From a bacterium (GTDB lineage Bacteria; Bacteroidota; Bacteroidia; Bacteroidales; Bacteroidaceae): 64,000 nt of DNA. The notes beneath the pieces are model-generated. The model did not search any database, was not told the DNA's origin, and saw nothing but the letters and a program-made list of their open reading frames with translations. The translations under genes were made by a program, and so were the position numbers. The DNA lies in NCBI GenBank assembly GCA_963637655.1, contig CAVHOL010000004.1, positions 2,586 through 66,585 of the forward strand, read 5' to 3'. Positions 1 to 10,524 of this stretch are shown here, one piece after another. Within the stretch, counting starts at the first letter, position 1. Each line of letters opens with the position of its first letter.

Positions 1-1159
1 CCCGGCAACGTCCGACAACGGGAAGACAGTAGGCGGTCTCCTTCTCGCCGAAGTTGATGAATAGCAGGCGTGTGCCGTTGACTGCCTCCTTGGGATAGAG
101 GTCAAGACCGTTGAGCACGTCGTAGATGCGGTCGGCACCGAAGGAGATGCCTACGCCGCTCAGTCCGGGCATGCCGAAGATGCCCGTCAGATTGTCGTAG
201 CGTCCGCCGCCGGTGATGCTGCCGATGGCATAGTCGAGTGCCTTCACCTCGAAGATGGCGCCCGTGTAGTAGTTGAGTCCGCGGGCCAGCGTCAGGTCGA
301 GTTCGATGACATTGCGGAGTCCGCAGGACTTGAGCGCATTGAGGATGAAGCGTGTCTCCTCCACGCCTTTCAGTCCGGTTTCAGAAGAGGAAAGCACGCT
401 GCTGATGACATCGAGCTTCTCCTCGTTGGTACCGCTGAGCGCGATGATGGGCTGCAGTTTGGCGATAGCCTCGTCGGAGATGCCGTCGGCGCAAAGTTCA
501 TCGTTCACCTTGTCGATGCCGATCTTGTCGAGTTTGTCGATGGCTACGGTGATGTCGACAATCTTGTCGGCCTCGCCGATCACCTCTGCAATGCCGGTGA
601 GTATCTTGCGGTTGTTGATCTTGATGGCTACGCGCACGCCAAGACGGGAGAACACGGTGTCGACAATCTGCATGAGTTCGACCTCATTGAGCAGGGAGTC
701 GGAGCCGACAACATCGGCGTCGCACTGGTAGAATTCGCGGTAGCGGCCCTTCTGCGGACGGTCGGCCCGCCATACGGGCTGTATCTGGTAGCGCTTGAAG
801 GGCAGCTGCAGTTCCTCGCGGTGCATCACGACATAGCGTGCGAAGGGCACGGTGAGGTCGTAGCGCAGGCCCTTCTCCGAAATTTTCGTGGCGAGGCGCA
901 GGGAGTTGCGCTCGGCGAGTTCCTCGTCGCTGACCTTGCTGATATAGTCGCCCGAATTGAGCACCTTGAAGAGCAGTTTGTCGCCTTCCTCTCCGTACTT
1001 GCCCATAAGGGTCTGGAGCGTCTCCATCGCAGGGGTCTCGATCTGCTGGAAGCCGTAAAGGGCGTAGACATCCTTGATGGTATCGAATATATAGTTGCGC
1101 TTGGCCATCTCCACGGGGGAGAAGTCGCGCATGCCCTTGGGTATGCTTGGTTTGTTCAT
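1..1159 (-). CDS. hisS: histidine--tRNA ligase, C-terminal end cut by the window edge
   Basis: Absent from the ORF track because no stop lies in the window. Manual minus-strand translation from the ATG at 1157-1159 gives [48 protein letters not shown]...[15 protein letters not shown]...GGGRYDNL, which are class II HisRS hallmarks. Confidence 0.9.
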   Translation of the reverse strand, partial: MNKPSIPKGMRDFSPVEMAKRNYIFDTIKDVYALYGFQQIETPAMETLQTLMGKYGEEGDKLLFKVLNSGDYISKVSDEELAERNSLRLATKISEKGLRYDLTVPFARYVVMHREELQLPFKRYQIQPVWRADRPQKGRYREFYQCDADVVGSDSLLNEVELMQIVDTVFSRLGVRVAIKINNRKILTGIAEVIGEADKIVDITVAIDKLDKIGIDKVNDELCADGISDEAIAKLQPIIALSGTNEEKLDVISSVLSSSETGLKGVEETRFILNALKSCGLRNVIELDLTLARGLNYYTGAIFEVKALDYAIGSITGGGRYDNLTGIFGMPGLSGVGISFGADRIYDVLNGLDLYPKEAVNGTRLLFINFGEKETAYCLPVVGRCR

Positions 1160-1278
1160 CTTAAAGGCGTGTACTGGGATTTCCACGCATGATTAAGGGG
1201 CGGCCCTATAGATTGCCGCCGTCAATTAGACTTGGGGTGGTTCCGTCATGGATAATTTACAGAACCACCCTTGAAAAT

Positions 1279-2553
1279 TTATTTTCTTACGATAGTCTGG
1301 TCGCGGTCGGGACCGATGGAGATAATCTTGATGGGAGTCTCGAGCTCCTTCTCAAGGAAGGCGATATAGTCGCTGAATGCCTTGGGGAACTGCTCCTCGC
1401 TGGTAAACTGCGTCATGTCGGTCTTCCAGCCGGGCATCTCCACGTAGACCGGTTCGATGCCCTCGTTGATATCGTAGGGGAAATAGTCTATCTGCTCGCC
1501 GTGCTGCTTGTAGGCCACACAGGCCTTGATGGTATCAAAGGTGTCGAGCACGTCGCTCTTCATCATGATCAGCTCGGTCACGCCGTTGACCATGATGGCG
1601 TAGCGCAGGGCGACAAGGTCTATCCATCCGCAGCGGCGTTCGCGTCCGGTGACGGCACCGAACTCATGTCCGAGGCGGCGTATCTCGGCTCCGGTCTCGT
1701 CGAACAGTTCGGTGGGGAACGGTCCGGAACCCACGCGCGTGCAGTATGCCTTCATGATACCGTACACATGACCGATCTTGTTAGGGCCGATACCCAGTCC
1801 GACACAAGCGCCGGCACAGATGGTATTGGAAGAAGTGACAAAGGGATAGCTGCCGAAATCGACGTCGAGCATCGTGCCCTGCGCACCTTCGCAGAGAATG
1901 CTCTTGCCGGAGCGCAGCAGGTTGTTGATCTCGTGTTCGCTGTCGACAATATGGAACTGGCGCATATACTCGATGCCCTCCATCCACAGTTTTTCGTCTT
2001 CGGTGATATCGTAGTCGGTGAAGCCGAGTGACTGAAGCATGGCCTCGTGGCGTGCCTTGTGGGCAGCGTACTTCTCTTCGAAATTCTCGAAGATGTCGCC
2101 CACGCGCAGACCGTTGCGCGACACCTTGTCGGTATAGGTCGGGCCGATGCCCTTGCCGGTGGTACCTACCTTGCTCTTGCCTTTGGCGGCTTCGAGGGCA
2201 CGGTCGAGCACGCGGTGGGTAGGCATGATGAGATGGGCTTTCTTGGAGATATGGAGACGCTCCTTGAGGTCGTGTCCGCTCTTCTCGAGGTCTTTGGCCT
2301 CGGCCATGAAGAGATCGGGTGCGAGCACGACACCGTTGCCGATGATGTTCACCTTGCCACCCTGGAAGATACCCGAAGGTATGCTGCGGAGAACATATTT
2401 CTGTCCTTCGAACTCCAAAGTGTGTCCGGCATTGGGGCCGCCTTGGAAACGGGCTATCACGTCGTACCCGGGTGTCAGTACATCGACCACCTTGCCTTTG
2501 CCTTCATCGCCCCACTGCAAGCCGAGCAGGACGTCTACTTTACCTGTGTTCAT
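1279..2553 (-). CDS. purA: adenylosuccinate synthase
   Basis: 424 aa ORF with the N-terminal P-loop LGLQWGDEGKGKVVD and full-length PurA-like sequence. Confidence 0.97.
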   Translation of the reverse strand: MNTGKVDVLLGLQWGDEGKGKVVDVLTPGYDVIARFQGGPNAGHTLEFEGQKYVLRSIPSGIFQGGKVNIIGNGVVLAPDLFMAEAKDLEKSGHDLKERLHISKKAHLIMPTHRVLDRALEAAKGKSKVGTTGKGIGPTYTDKVSRNGLRVGDIFENFEEKYAAHKARHEAMLQSLGFTDYDITEDEKLWMEGIEYMRQFHIVDSEHEINNLLRSGKSILCEGAQGTMLDVDFGSYPFVTSSNTICAGACVGLGIGPNKIGHVYGIMKAYCTRVGSGPFPTELFDETGAEIRRLGHEFGAVTGRERRCGWIDLVALRYAIMVNGVTELIMMKSDVLDTFDTIKACVAYKQHGEQIDYFPYDINEGIEPVYVEMPGWKTDMTQFTSEEQFPKAFSDYIAFLEKELETPIKIISIGPDRDQTIVRK

Positions 2554-2759
2554 GTTGTCGTAAAATTGTTCTTTTTCTCACCACCGCCCTGCCGCCTCAC
2601 AAGATACGGATGCGGCATGCCGGGCGGGCGAAGAGGTTGAGGGCGGCGTATGAATACCGCCGTAAATTGTTTGGACTTCGGGCTATCCGGTTTTGTCCTC
2701 TTGCGAGGCCATCTTGCAGAACCGCCCTTGATTCTTTTCCGCCGTATGCTGCGGACGCA

Positions 2760-2767
2760 CAAAGATA
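2760..2767 (-). promoter_or_regulatory. candidate Bacteroidetes -7 box (TATCTTTG) for purA
   Basis: The minus strand reads TATCTTTG, matching TAnnTTTG. It lies about 200 nt upstream of the purA ATG. Confidence 0.35.
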
Positions 2768-2799
2768 CTTCTTTTTATGCAGATAGTCGGTACAGACGG

Positions 2800-3423
2800 T
2801 CAAAAAATATCCAAATTTAGCATTTCCAGTTTCGTGCGCACCATTTGTTCCTGCGTTTCGCCCTGTCCGGCAAAATGCAGGAGGCAGTTGTAGGCAGCCC
2901 GGCGCAGGCCGTAGACTTCGCTTTGCAGAGCTTTGGGGGCATGATCGAGCAACGCGGCGGTCTCGGCATCCGTGGGCGTATGGCCGTGCAGGGAAAGCCG
3001 GCTCAGCAGATGGTAGGCACAGACGGAGAGCATGTCGTTGCCGGAGGAAAGCCAGGCGCAGGCGAGGCCGGGAGCGAAGGGAAGCGACTGGAAGAGGTTC
3101 ATGGCACACTGCTCGGCCAGTTCCAGCGAAGATATGCCGGGAGCCCAGGTCTCCACATCAGCCTGCGTCATCTCGTCTGCGGGCATGATGAGCGTAGCCA
3201 GGAGCTTGCATTCGCGCACGTTCTCCTGCCAGAGTGCCATGGCTAGGGCACGGTTCTTGCCATACTCGGCGGCCATCGTGCGTAGCCGGGTGACGGGGAC
3301 GCCCCAGTTGAGTTTGTACTCGATGCCTTTCTCGCGCATGGAGCGCGAGGTTTCGCCGTTCATATAGAGACGGAAAGAGCGTTTGATCTGCTTGAGCCGC
3401 TCTGATAGATTCTCATTGTTCAT
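2800..3423 (-). CDS. DNA alkylation repair protein family (HEAT-like repeat)
   Basis: 207 aa all-helical ORF. The N-terminal pattern (IKRSFRLYMNGETSRSMREKGIEYKLNWGVPVTRLR) is typical of the DNA_alkylation family. Confidence 0.65.
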   Translation of the reverse strand: MNNENLSERLKQIKRSFRLYMNGETSRSMREKGIEYKLNWGVPVTRLRTMAAEYGKNRALAMALWQENVRECKLLATLIMPADEMTQADVETWAPGISSLELAEQCAMNLFQSLPFAPGLACAWLSSGNDMLSVCAYHLLSRLSLHGHTPTDAETAALLDHAPKALQSEVYGLRRAAYNCLLHFAGQGETQEQMVRTKLEMLNLDIF

Positions 3424-3438
3424 ATCGATTGTCGTCTG

Positions 3439-5415
3439 TCAAAGAAAACCGTATTCGGAGGAGTAGCGCAACATCTGGTGCGTATAGCTCTCGCTATAGT
3501 CCACATGTATGTCGGTCACGGTACCGTCGGCACCGGTCACGGGGATGAGCACAGGATTGATGAAGCCCTTGTAGGGAGCGATGTGCAGACGGGCGTAGCG
3601 CTCCAGCACCTCGCCATGGAGCACAGGGTCGATCTGCACGGCATAGCGCTCGACAATGGCCTTGGCGGCAGCGAAGTCGCCCTCGCTCTTGATGCGCTGT
3701 ATCTCGGCCAGCAGCCGGGCAAAGGCGGTGCGCAGGGCGGCATAGTCGGATACCTGCACGTAGGTCTTGCCGTCACGCTTGACCAACTGCACGGCACCGT
3801 CGGCATGCTCCATCACCCAATGGGCGATGAGCGCGCGGTTGCGCATGTGGGCCTCCTCGATCACGTCGCCGGGCTTTATGCGCGTAAGCTGGGTCATCAG
3901 ACCGTTCATCATATAGGTATAGTACTGGGCATGGTGGGCTTCGGCTGAAGGCACGAGCCCCAGTTCCACCATCTTGTCGTCACCCAGATAGTAGAGGCCG
4001 AAGAGATCGGCGCGTGCCTCCTCGATGGTATTGCCGTAGGCCTTCAGCGCATCGGCGCTCACGCCGGGCAGGGTCTGTCCGCTGCCATGGCCGAGACACT
4101 CGTGGAGGTCGGTATGGAGGTCGTCGCAGAGATTGCCGTACTTCTCGACCAGGGCGCGGGTCTCCGCGTCGATGATAAACTCGTCGCGGAAACCGTTGCC
4201 CGAAGCGGCCTTGTCGTAGGCTTCGGTCAGATTGCCTATCGTGACGCTCTTCGACCCGTAGCGGGCGCGTATCCAATCGGCGTTGGGCAGATTGATGCCG
4301 ATGGCCGACGACGGATATTCGTCACCGCCGAGCATGGCGGCGCAGACCACATTGGCCGTCACGCCCTTGACCTTGGGCTTGCGGAAGCGCGGGTCGACGG
4401 GCGAATGGTCTTCAAACCACTGGGCATTGTCGCTGATGGTGCGGGTGCGGCGCGTGGCCTCAAGGTCTTTGTAGGAGACGAAACCTTCCCACGAACCTTT
4501 CAGTCCCAGCGGGTCGCCGTAGACTTCTATAAATCCGTTGATGAAGTCGACACGTCCGTCCTGCTCCTTGAGCCACTCGATGGAGAACTCATCGAAGATA
4601 CGGAGGTCGCCCGTGCGATAGTAGTCGCAAAGCATGGAGAGGATATGGCGCTGGCGGTCGTTCTCGGCCACTTCGGCGGCCTTGCCGAGCCAGAAGATGA
4701 TCTGCCGGATGGCCGGTCCGTAGACGGAATCTGCCGTCCACTGCTCCTCAGCGACGGTATCGCCATGACGCACGAGCCGGGTGTTGAGTCCCCACGACGG
4801 GGGCGTGTCGCCGTCATTGTCATGGAGCGCGGCATAGTAGTCCTCAGCCTCCTGCTGGCTGACACCTTCATAATAGTTGCATGCGGAGGTCAGCACAAGG
4901 TCGTCGCCCTCCCGCTTGTTGACCCGCTTGGGGGCGAAGGCGGAATCGAAAATGACTTTGTGGAGCAGGGCGGACAGCGCATCGAGGTCGGGACATTGGG
5001 AAGAAAGGGGCAGTTGTCCGGCAGGAAGCTTTTCCAACTGAGCGAAGAGAAAATCTTCGCTGAACGCCGGTGTGAACTTCTCGCAACCGTAGTGGTGATA
5101 GATGCCGTTGGAGAACCATACCCGCTTGAGGTATTCCTCCATGTGCAGATAGTCGGCGTCGGTCTTGTCGCCGTCGTAATGCTGATAGACGGCCTCGAGC
5201 GTCTTGCGCACGAGGAGATTGTAGCGTCCGAACTGGTCGGTGGTGATGTCGCGTCCGCACAGGGCAGACTGCGACAGACAGTAGACATATTTCTTCTGAT
5301 TGAGGGTCAGGGTGTCAAATCCGTTGAGACGGTAGCGCAACATCTGTATGTCGGCGAAACGCTCGCCGCCATACGCGAAGGTGTCGGCGGATGACACGGT
5401 ATTTTCTTTTTGCAT
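3439..5415 (-). CDS. dipeptidyl-peptidase III family metallopeptidase (M49)
   Basis: 658 aa with the zinc motif HECLGH followed by EEARADL, the HEXXGH / EEXR(A)E(D) signature of M49. Confidence 0.85.
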   Translation of the reverse strand: MQKENTVSSADTFAYGGERFADIQMLRYRLNGFDTLTLNQKKYVYCLSQSALCGRDITTDQFGRYNLLVRKTLEAVYQHYDGDKTDADYLHMEEYLKRVWFSNGIYHHYGCEKFTPAFSEDFLFAQLEKLPAGQLPLSSQCPDLDALSALLHKVIFDSAFAPKRVNKREGDDLVLTSACNYYEGVSQQEAEDYYAALHDNDGDTPPSWGLNTRLVRHGDTVAEEQWTADSVYGPAIRQIIFWLGKAAEVAENDRQRHILSMLCDYYRTGDLRIFDEFSIEWLKEQDGRVDFINGFIEVYGDPLGLKGSWEGFVSYKDLEATRRTRTISDNAQWFEDHSPVDPRFRKPKVKGVTANVVCAAMLGGDEYPSSAIGINLPNADWIRARYGSKSVTIGNLTEAYDKAASGNGFRDEFIIDAETRALVEKYGNLCDDLHTDLHECLGHGSGQTLPGVSADALKAYGNTIEEARADLFGLYYLGDDKMVELGLVPSAEAHHAQYYTYMMNGLMTQLTRIKPGDVIEEAHMRNRALIAHWVMEHADGAVQLVKRDGKTYVQVSDYAALRTAFARLLAEIQRIKSEGDFAAAKAIVERYAVQIDPVLHGEVLERYARLHIAPYKGFINPVLIPVTGADGTVTDIHVDYSESYTHQMLRYSSEYGFL

Positions 5416-5425
5416 GCTATGTTTT

Positions 5426-5459
5426 GCAGTTTCTTTTATTTAGCAGTTTCTTTTATTTA
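5426..5459. repeat. perfect 17-bp tandem duplication (gcagtttcttttattta x2) in the DPP-III 5' region
   Basis: Units at 5426-5442 and 5443-5459 are identical, 11 nt from the start codon at 5413-5415. Confidence 0.9.
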
Positions 5460-5612
5460 TTTGTAAACGCCAATGCAGTCTTTTTATTGTCCTTGTGCAG
5501 GAGCAGAGACCGCCGGGCGCACAAAAACATGGGGAACATAACCGCCACACGGTATGTCCCCCACGTTTCTATAAAATCGAATCAATGACAAATTTCTTCT
5601 TCATGCCGCTTC

Positions 5613-7310
5613 TCACGCCGCGCAACAGAACAGGACAATGATCTGTGCCGTGAAGATACGGAGGAACATGCTCAACGGGTAGACCGTGGAGTAGCCGACG
5701 GCAGGAGCCTCGCGCGAGCAGGTGGAGTTGGCGTAGGCCAGTGCTGGCGGGTCGGTATAGGTACCGGCAAACATACCCATGAGGGTGAAGTAGTTGATGT
5801 GGAACTTCATGCGCGCTATCGTGCCGACAACAAGTATCGGGATGATGGTGATGAGGAAACCGGTGTACACATATTTCAGTCCGTCGCCCTGCACTACGGT
5901 ATCCCAGAATCCCGTACCGGCCTTGATGCCGACACTGGCCAGGAAGAGCACAAGTCCTATCTCGCGCAACATCATGTTGGCCGACGTGGTGGTATAGGTC
6001 ACCAGTTTGATCTTGTAGCCGAAACGTCCGATAAGAATGGCGATGATCAGCGGTCCGCCGGCGATACCGAGCTTCAGAGGCACAGGCATTCCGGGGATGG
6101 CGATAGGCATGCTTCCGAAAATGATACCGATGATGATGCCGATGAAGATGGTGGCGATATTGGGCACATTGAGGTGGCGGGCGGTGTTGCCCATCATCTC
6201 GGCCACGCGGTTGACATTGTCCTCGGGGCCAACGACAAGCAGTTTGTCGCCCACCTGGAAGTGGTAGTTGCGGCTGGCGAACACGTCCATGCCCTGGCGC
6301 GACACACGCGTCACGGTCACGCCGTAGACGCTGGAGAAGTGCATCTTGCCGAGCGTCTTGCCGTTCATCGAAGGCTTGGTGATGACGATACGGCGGGAGA
6401 TCAGAGGCTTCTTCTCGTCCTGCTCTGCCCAAGGGGAGTCTATCTCCGGACCGATGAAGGCCTGGATGGCTTCGGCATCGGCCTCGGCGCAGACCACGAG
6501 CACATCGTCGCCCAGCTCAAGAACGGTCTTGCTGTTGGGGATGACGCTCTTGCCCTCGTGCTGCAGGCGCGAGCAGACGACATCGCGGTTGAGAAACTCT
6601 GCCACCTGGCCCATCGTACGGCCGGCCAGGAAGGAGTTGCTCACGCGCAAGTGCATCTGGTGGGGCTTGGCATGGGGATTTTCGGCCTCCTCCTCGGCGA
6701 GTTGTTCTTCCTCGTCGGCCAGCTTCACACGGGTGATGTAACGTATGGCGATAGTGGCGCCGATGATACCCAGTACACCGAGGGGGTAGGCGCAGGCATA
6801 GCCCGAGGCGATGGCCGGTATATTTCCATGGCGGACAGACTCAAGCGCCTCGTTGGCGGCACCGAGTCCAGGAGTGTTGGTGACCGCTCCGCACAGCGTG
6901 CCGACCATCATCGGAAGGTTGTCGGGGTTTGACGTATCGAAGAAAAGATAGTAGCAGGCAAACATCACGGCGATGTTGAGCAGGACGGCACTCACCGACA
7001 TGAGGTTGAGCGTGACACCACCCTTCTTGAAACTCTCGAAGAAGCCCGGTCCGACCTGAAGTCCGATACAGAACACAAACAGTATCAGACCGAAGTCCTG
7101 CAGAAATCCGAGAATGTTCACAGGGGCGGTGAAGCCGATATGGCCGGCCAGAATGCCGGCAAACAACACAAAGGACACACCGAGGGAGATACCGCCGAAC
7201 TTGATCTTGCCAAGCATCACGCCGACGGCGATGACGATGGCATAGAGCAGGGCGATATGGGCTACCGAGTCGGTGGTAGTAAACAGTTTAATAAACCAAT
7301 CCCATTCCAT
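5613..7310 (-). CDS. YidE/YbjL-type putative transporter (AAE family, two RCK_C/TrkA_C domains)
   Basis: The track ORF 5613..7637 was trimmed to Met110 ([44 protein letters not shown]), because the upstream 109 aa are Arg/Gly-rich junk. The protein has two membrane halves flanking soluble RCK_C-like segments. Confidence 0.85.
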   Translation of the reverse strand: MEWDWFIKLFTTTDSVAHIALLYAIVIAVGVMLGKIKFGGISLGVSFVLFAGILAGHIGFTAPVNILGFLQDFGLILFVFCIGLQVGPGFFESFKKGGVTLNLMSVSAVLLNIAVMFACYYLFFDTSNPDNLPMMVGTLCGAVTNTPGLGAANEALESVRHGNIPAIASGYACAYPLGVLGIIGATIAIRYITRVKLADEEEQLAEEEAENPHAKPHQMHLRVSNSFLAGRTMGQVAEFLNRDVVCSRLQHEGKSVIPNSKTVLELGDDVLVVCAEADAEAIQAFIGPEIDSPWAEQDEKKPLISRRIVITKPSMNGKTLGKMHFSSVYGVTVTRVSRQGMDVFASRNYHFQVGDKLLVVGPEDNVNRVAEMMGNTARHLNVPNIATIFIGIIIGIIFGSMPIAIPGMPVPLKLGIAGGPLIIAILIGRFGYKIKLVTYTTTSANMMLREIGLVLFLASVGIKAGTGFWDTVVQGDGLKYVYTGFLITIIPILVVGTIARMKFHINYFTLMGMFAGTYTDPPALAYANSTCSREAPAVGYSTVYPLSMFLRIFTAQIIVLFCCAA

Positions 7311-7423
7311 TATTTTAGTATTTTGATTTGTTTTCTTAAGGCAGGGGTTCGAAAGAAATATTGGGAGCGGCACAGACTTGCGGGGCTCCCAATATCTGAT
7401 GTATCGATGTGAGATGCGAGAAG

Positions 7424-8905
7424 TTAGTAACTTCTTGCGATGATCACGCGCTTGGTGGCCGGCTTGCCCGATACCATGTCGACGCCGGGCGTCTGCTCGT
7501 AGCCGTAGGGCACACAGCGTATCGTGGCCTGGGTCTCCTCCTTGATCTTGGCCTCGGTCTCGGCAGTGCCGTCCCAGTGGCAGAGGAAGAAGCCGCCGTC
7601 CTTGACACGTTCCTTGAACTCCTCGTAGTTGTCGCACTCATAGACGCGGGAGTCACGGAACTGGCAGGCCTTCTTGAAGAGGTTGTCCTGTATCTCGTCG
7701 AGCAAGTGCTTGACGTGCTCGGCAATGCCTTCGAGGGGAAGGGTCTCCTTCTCGAGCGTGTCGCGGCGCATGAGCTCGACGGTACCGTTCTCGAGGTCGC
7801 GTCCGCCCATGACGAGACGCACGGGCACACCCTTGAGCTCGTAGTCGGCAAACTTGAAGCCGGGACGCTTGTTCTCTGCATCGTCATATTTGACGCTGAT
7901 GCCGAGGCTGCGCAGCTGCTCGATGACAGGTGTAAGTTTCTCGGTGATGGCCTTCAGACCGTCTGCGCCCTTGGTGATGGGGATGATGACCACCTGTATG
8001 GGAGCGAGCTTCGGGGGAAGCACCAGACCGTTGTCGTCGGAGTGGGTCATGATCAGGGCACCGATGAGACGGGTAGATACACCCCACGAGGTGGCCCATA
8101 CGTACTCTGGCTTGTTCTCCTTGTTGAGGAAGGTGACGTCAAACGACTTGGCAAAGTTCTGTCCGAGGAAGTGGCTGGTACCGCTCTGCAGGGCCTTTCC
8201 GTCCTGCATCATGGCCTCGATGGTATAGGTGTCGAGCGCACCGGCAAAACGCTCGGTCTCGCTCTTCACGCCGCGGATGACGGGTACGGCCATCCATTTC
8301 TCCACAAAATCGCCGTAGACGTGCAGCATCTTCTGTGCTTCGGCCTCGGCCTCCTCGCGTGTAGCGTGGGCGGTATGGCCCTCCTGCCACAGGAATTCGG
8401 AGGTACGGAGGAAGGGGCGGGTACGCATCTCCCAGCGCATCACGTTGCACCACTGGTTGCACATGAGTGGGAGATCGCGCCAGGAGTGTATCCAGTTCTT
8501 GTAGGTATTCCAGATGATGGTCTCCGAGGTAGGACGTATGATGAGCTCCTCTTCGAGCTTGGCGGCGGGGTCTACCTCCACTTCGGTGCCGTCCTCAGAC
8601 GAGCGCAGACGATAGTGGGTCACCACGGCGCACTCCTTGGCAAATCCTGCCACATGCTCAGCCTCGCGGCTGAAGAAAGATTTGGGGATAAGCAAGGGGA
8701 AATAGGCATTCTGCACGCCAGTCTCCTTGAACATGGCATCCAGCTGCTGCTGCATTTTCTCCCAGATGGCGTATCCGTAGGGCTTGATGACCATGCATCC
8801 GCGCACGGCCGACTGCTCTGCCAGATTAGCCTTGACGACCAAGTCGTTGTACCACTGGCTGTAATTGTCTGAACGTTTGGTCAGTTCCTTTAATTCTTTT
8901 GCCAT
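7424..8905 (-). CDS. proS: proline--tRNA ligase (archaeal/eukaryote-like type)
   Basis: 493 aa, [49 protein letters not shown]..., with full-length ProRS similarity. Confidence 0.97.
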   Translation of the reverse strand: MAKELKELTKRSDNYSQWYNDLVVKANLAEQSAVRGCMVIKPYGYAIWEKMQQQLDAMFKETGVQNAYFPLLIPKSFFSREAEHVAGFAKECAVVTHYRLRSSEDGTEVEVDPAAKLEEELIIRPTSETIIWNTYKNWIHSWRDLPLMCNQWCNVMRWEMRTRPFLRTSEFLWQEGHTAHATREEAEAEAQKMLHVYGDFVEKWMAVPVIRGVKSETERFAGALDTYTIEAMMQDGKALQSGTSHFLGQNFAKSFDVTFLNKENKPEYVWATSWGVSTRLIGALIMTHSDDNGLVLPPKLAPIQVVIIPITKGADGLKAITEKLTPVIEQLRSLGISVKYDDAENKRPGFKFADYELKGVPVRLVMGGRDLENGTVELMRRDTLEKETLPLEGIAEHVKHLLDEIQDNLFKKACQFRDSRVYECDNYEEFKERVKDGGFFLCHWDGTAETEAKIKEETQATIRCVPYGYEQTPGVDMVSGKPATKRVIIARSY

Positions 8906-8932
8906 TTTCTATATTGGGTCTTTTCTTTATGT

Positions 8933-8971
8933 TTGTACTTATATGGATATATGATTGTACTTATATGGATA
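8933..8971. repeat. 17-bp direct repeat (ttgtacttatatggata) x2 with 22-bp period
   Basis: Identical copies at 8933-8949 and 8955-8971 in the divergent proS/rpoD intergenic region. Confidence 0.9.
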
Positions 8972-9248
8972 AAAACAGTGTGCAAAAATACTTAAAAACG
9001 CCGAAACAAACGAATGAATTGCCCAAAAAGGTCATTCCATACACGCCGAAGCGCACAAATAGGACCATACGCTGCGTATTGCACAGGCTCCGCGGAAAGT
9101 CCCGACACCCCACCCTATCTGCGACGGCCGGCGGACAGGCCATCGGCCATACAATAAAAAAGCCGAATAAAACATACAATAAAACATAAAATGAGTTATA
9201 ATGATATAAACTTCGATACACACACAAAATAAAACAGCAAAAACTCCG

Positions 9249-9256
9249 TAACTTTG
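9249..9256 (+). promoter_or_regulatory. candidate -7 box TAACTTTG upstream of rpoD
   Basis: Matches TAnnTTTG, about 70 nt upstream of the ATG at 9327. Confidence 0.4.
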
Positions 9257-9326
9257 CAAGGATTTAGCGAGATATCCCAAATACAACAAAATTTCAGTAT
9301 CCGGAAAGATAACATAAGGTAACAAG

Positions 9327-10199
9327 ATGAGACAACTTAAGATTCAGAAAAGTATCACAAACCGTTCGAGCGAAGCCCTTGACAAATATCTTGTCGAAAT
9401 AGGACGCGCCCCCTTGATTAGCATTGACGAGGAAATAGAACTTGCGCAGAAGATCAAGAAAGGCGGCCCTGAAGGCGACCGAGCAAAGGACAAGCTTGTG
9501 ACTGCCAATCTGCGATTCGTCGTATCCGTGGCCAAACAGTACCAGCACCAGGGTCTCACCTTGACCGACCTCATAGACGAGGGCAACATCGGCCTGATAA
9601 AGGCCGCCCAGAAGTTTGACGAGACCCGCGGCTTCAAGTTCATCTCTTACGCCGTATGGTGGATCCGTCAGAGCATTCTTCAGGCCATCGCCGAGCAAAG
9701 CCGCATTGTACGTCTTCCGCTCAACCAGGTAGGTTCGCTCAACAAGATCAACCATGAGATCAACAAGTTTGAGCAGGAGAACCAGCGCCACCCGTCGGTA
9801 TCCGAGCTGGCAGAGAAGACCAACATCGACGAGGAGAAGATCGGACAGAGCCTGATGGCCGACGGCCACCACGTCAGCATCGACGCTCCTTTCCAGGACG
9901 GCGAAGACAACTGTATGCTCGACGTGATGTCAAGCGGCGACGACACCCGTACCGACCGCCATGTAGACCACGAGTCGATGGCCCAGGAGCTGAACTCCGT
10001 ACTCAGCAAAGTGCTCAAGGAGCGCGAGATCACCATCATACGTGAGTGCTTCGGCATAGGCTGTCACGAGAAGGGACTTGAGGAGATCGGCGACCAGCTG
10101 GGACTGACCCGCGAGCGTGTACGCCAAATCAGGGAGAAGAGCATCGCCAAGCTGCGCGACAGCGGCAATGCAAAGATCCTCATGAAATATCTGGGATAA
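9327..10199 (+). CDS. rpoD: RNA polymerase primary sigma factor (short Bacteroidetes sigma-70/SigA type)
   Basis: 290 aa. Regions 2-4 are recognisable (FISYAVWWIRQSILQAI; LTRERVRQIREKSIAKLR). Confidence 0.95.
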   Translation: MRQLKIQKSITNRSSEALDKYLVEIGRAPLISIDEEIELAQKIKKGGPEGDRAKDKLVTANLRFVVSVAKQYQHQGLTLTDLIDEGNIGLIKAAQKFDETRGFKFISYAVWWIRQSILQAIAEQSRIVRLPLNQVGSLNKINHEINKFEQENQRHPSVSELAEKTNIDEEKIGQSLMADGHHVSIDAPFQDGEDNCMLDVMSSGDDTRTDRHVDHESMAQELNSVLSKVLKEREITIIRECFGIGCHEKGLEEIGDQLGLTRERVRQIREKSIAKLRDSGNAKILMKYLG

Positions 10200-10235
10200 G
10201 CCTTCAGCCCATCACGATCCGTACATAAAGGGAAT

Positions 10236-10274
10236 CCGGGGAAAGCACAAGAACAGTGTTTTCCCCGGTTTTTT
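10236..10274 (+). terminator. rho-independent terminator after rpoD
   Basis: Stem ccggggaaa (10236-10244) pairs with tttccccgg (10260-10268), followed by a T run. Confidence 0.6.
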
Positions 10275-10369
10275 CTTGCCTTTTCTTGTCAGCGCACAAA
10301 AAAGTGGTGTGTAATTTCACAATCACGCACCACCGCAAACTTAAACAACCAATAAAAGAAATTATTATA

Positions 10370-10452
10370 GGCGTGTTCTAAAATTCCACGCATTATCAAA
10401 TTCTATTTTGACGGGTATACTCTTGGTATCAAGGTAATTTTTAGAACCCGCC
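10370..10452. repeat. MITE-like hairpin element, copy A (83 bp) with terminal inverted repeats GGCGTGTTCTAAAA / TTTTAGAACCCGCC
   Basis: The termini are reverse complements of each other. The internal 50 bp is near-identical (about 48/50) to the reverse complement of 17080-17129. Confidence 0.6.
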
Positions 10453-10524
10453 AATTGTCTTCCGCCCGACCGCTCCTTGTGGGGAGCGGAGGGCAGAAGC
10501 ATGGGGTCAGACATGGTCTGATGA

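Noticed and set aside
4087-5394. Long ORFs antisense to real genes: 4087..5394, 5799..6932, 7409..8872, 11446..12705, 12738..13982, 18163..19368, 21569..22780, 24230..25222, 27847..29109, 29777..30685, 31592..32761, 36177..37301, 42230..43570.
   Set aside because: Each lies opposite a gene with clear family motifs and is rich in G/V/A/L/D/R, with no motifs of its own. This is consistent with codon-bias shadows, not overlapping genes.
7311-7637. N-terminal 109-aa extension of the YidE/YbjL-type transporter ORF.
   Set aside because: The extension is Arg/Gly/Gln-rich and overlaps the 3' end of proS (7424 onward). The hydrophobic transporter sequence begins cleanly at MEWDWF (7308-7310).
9094-9105. 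GGAAAGTCCC motif reminiscent of the RNase P RNA conserved region.
   Set aside because: The surrounding sequence lacks the rest of the RNase P core (no GAGGAAAGUCCGGGC context, no P4 partner). It is probably a chance match in the proS/rpoD intergenic region.
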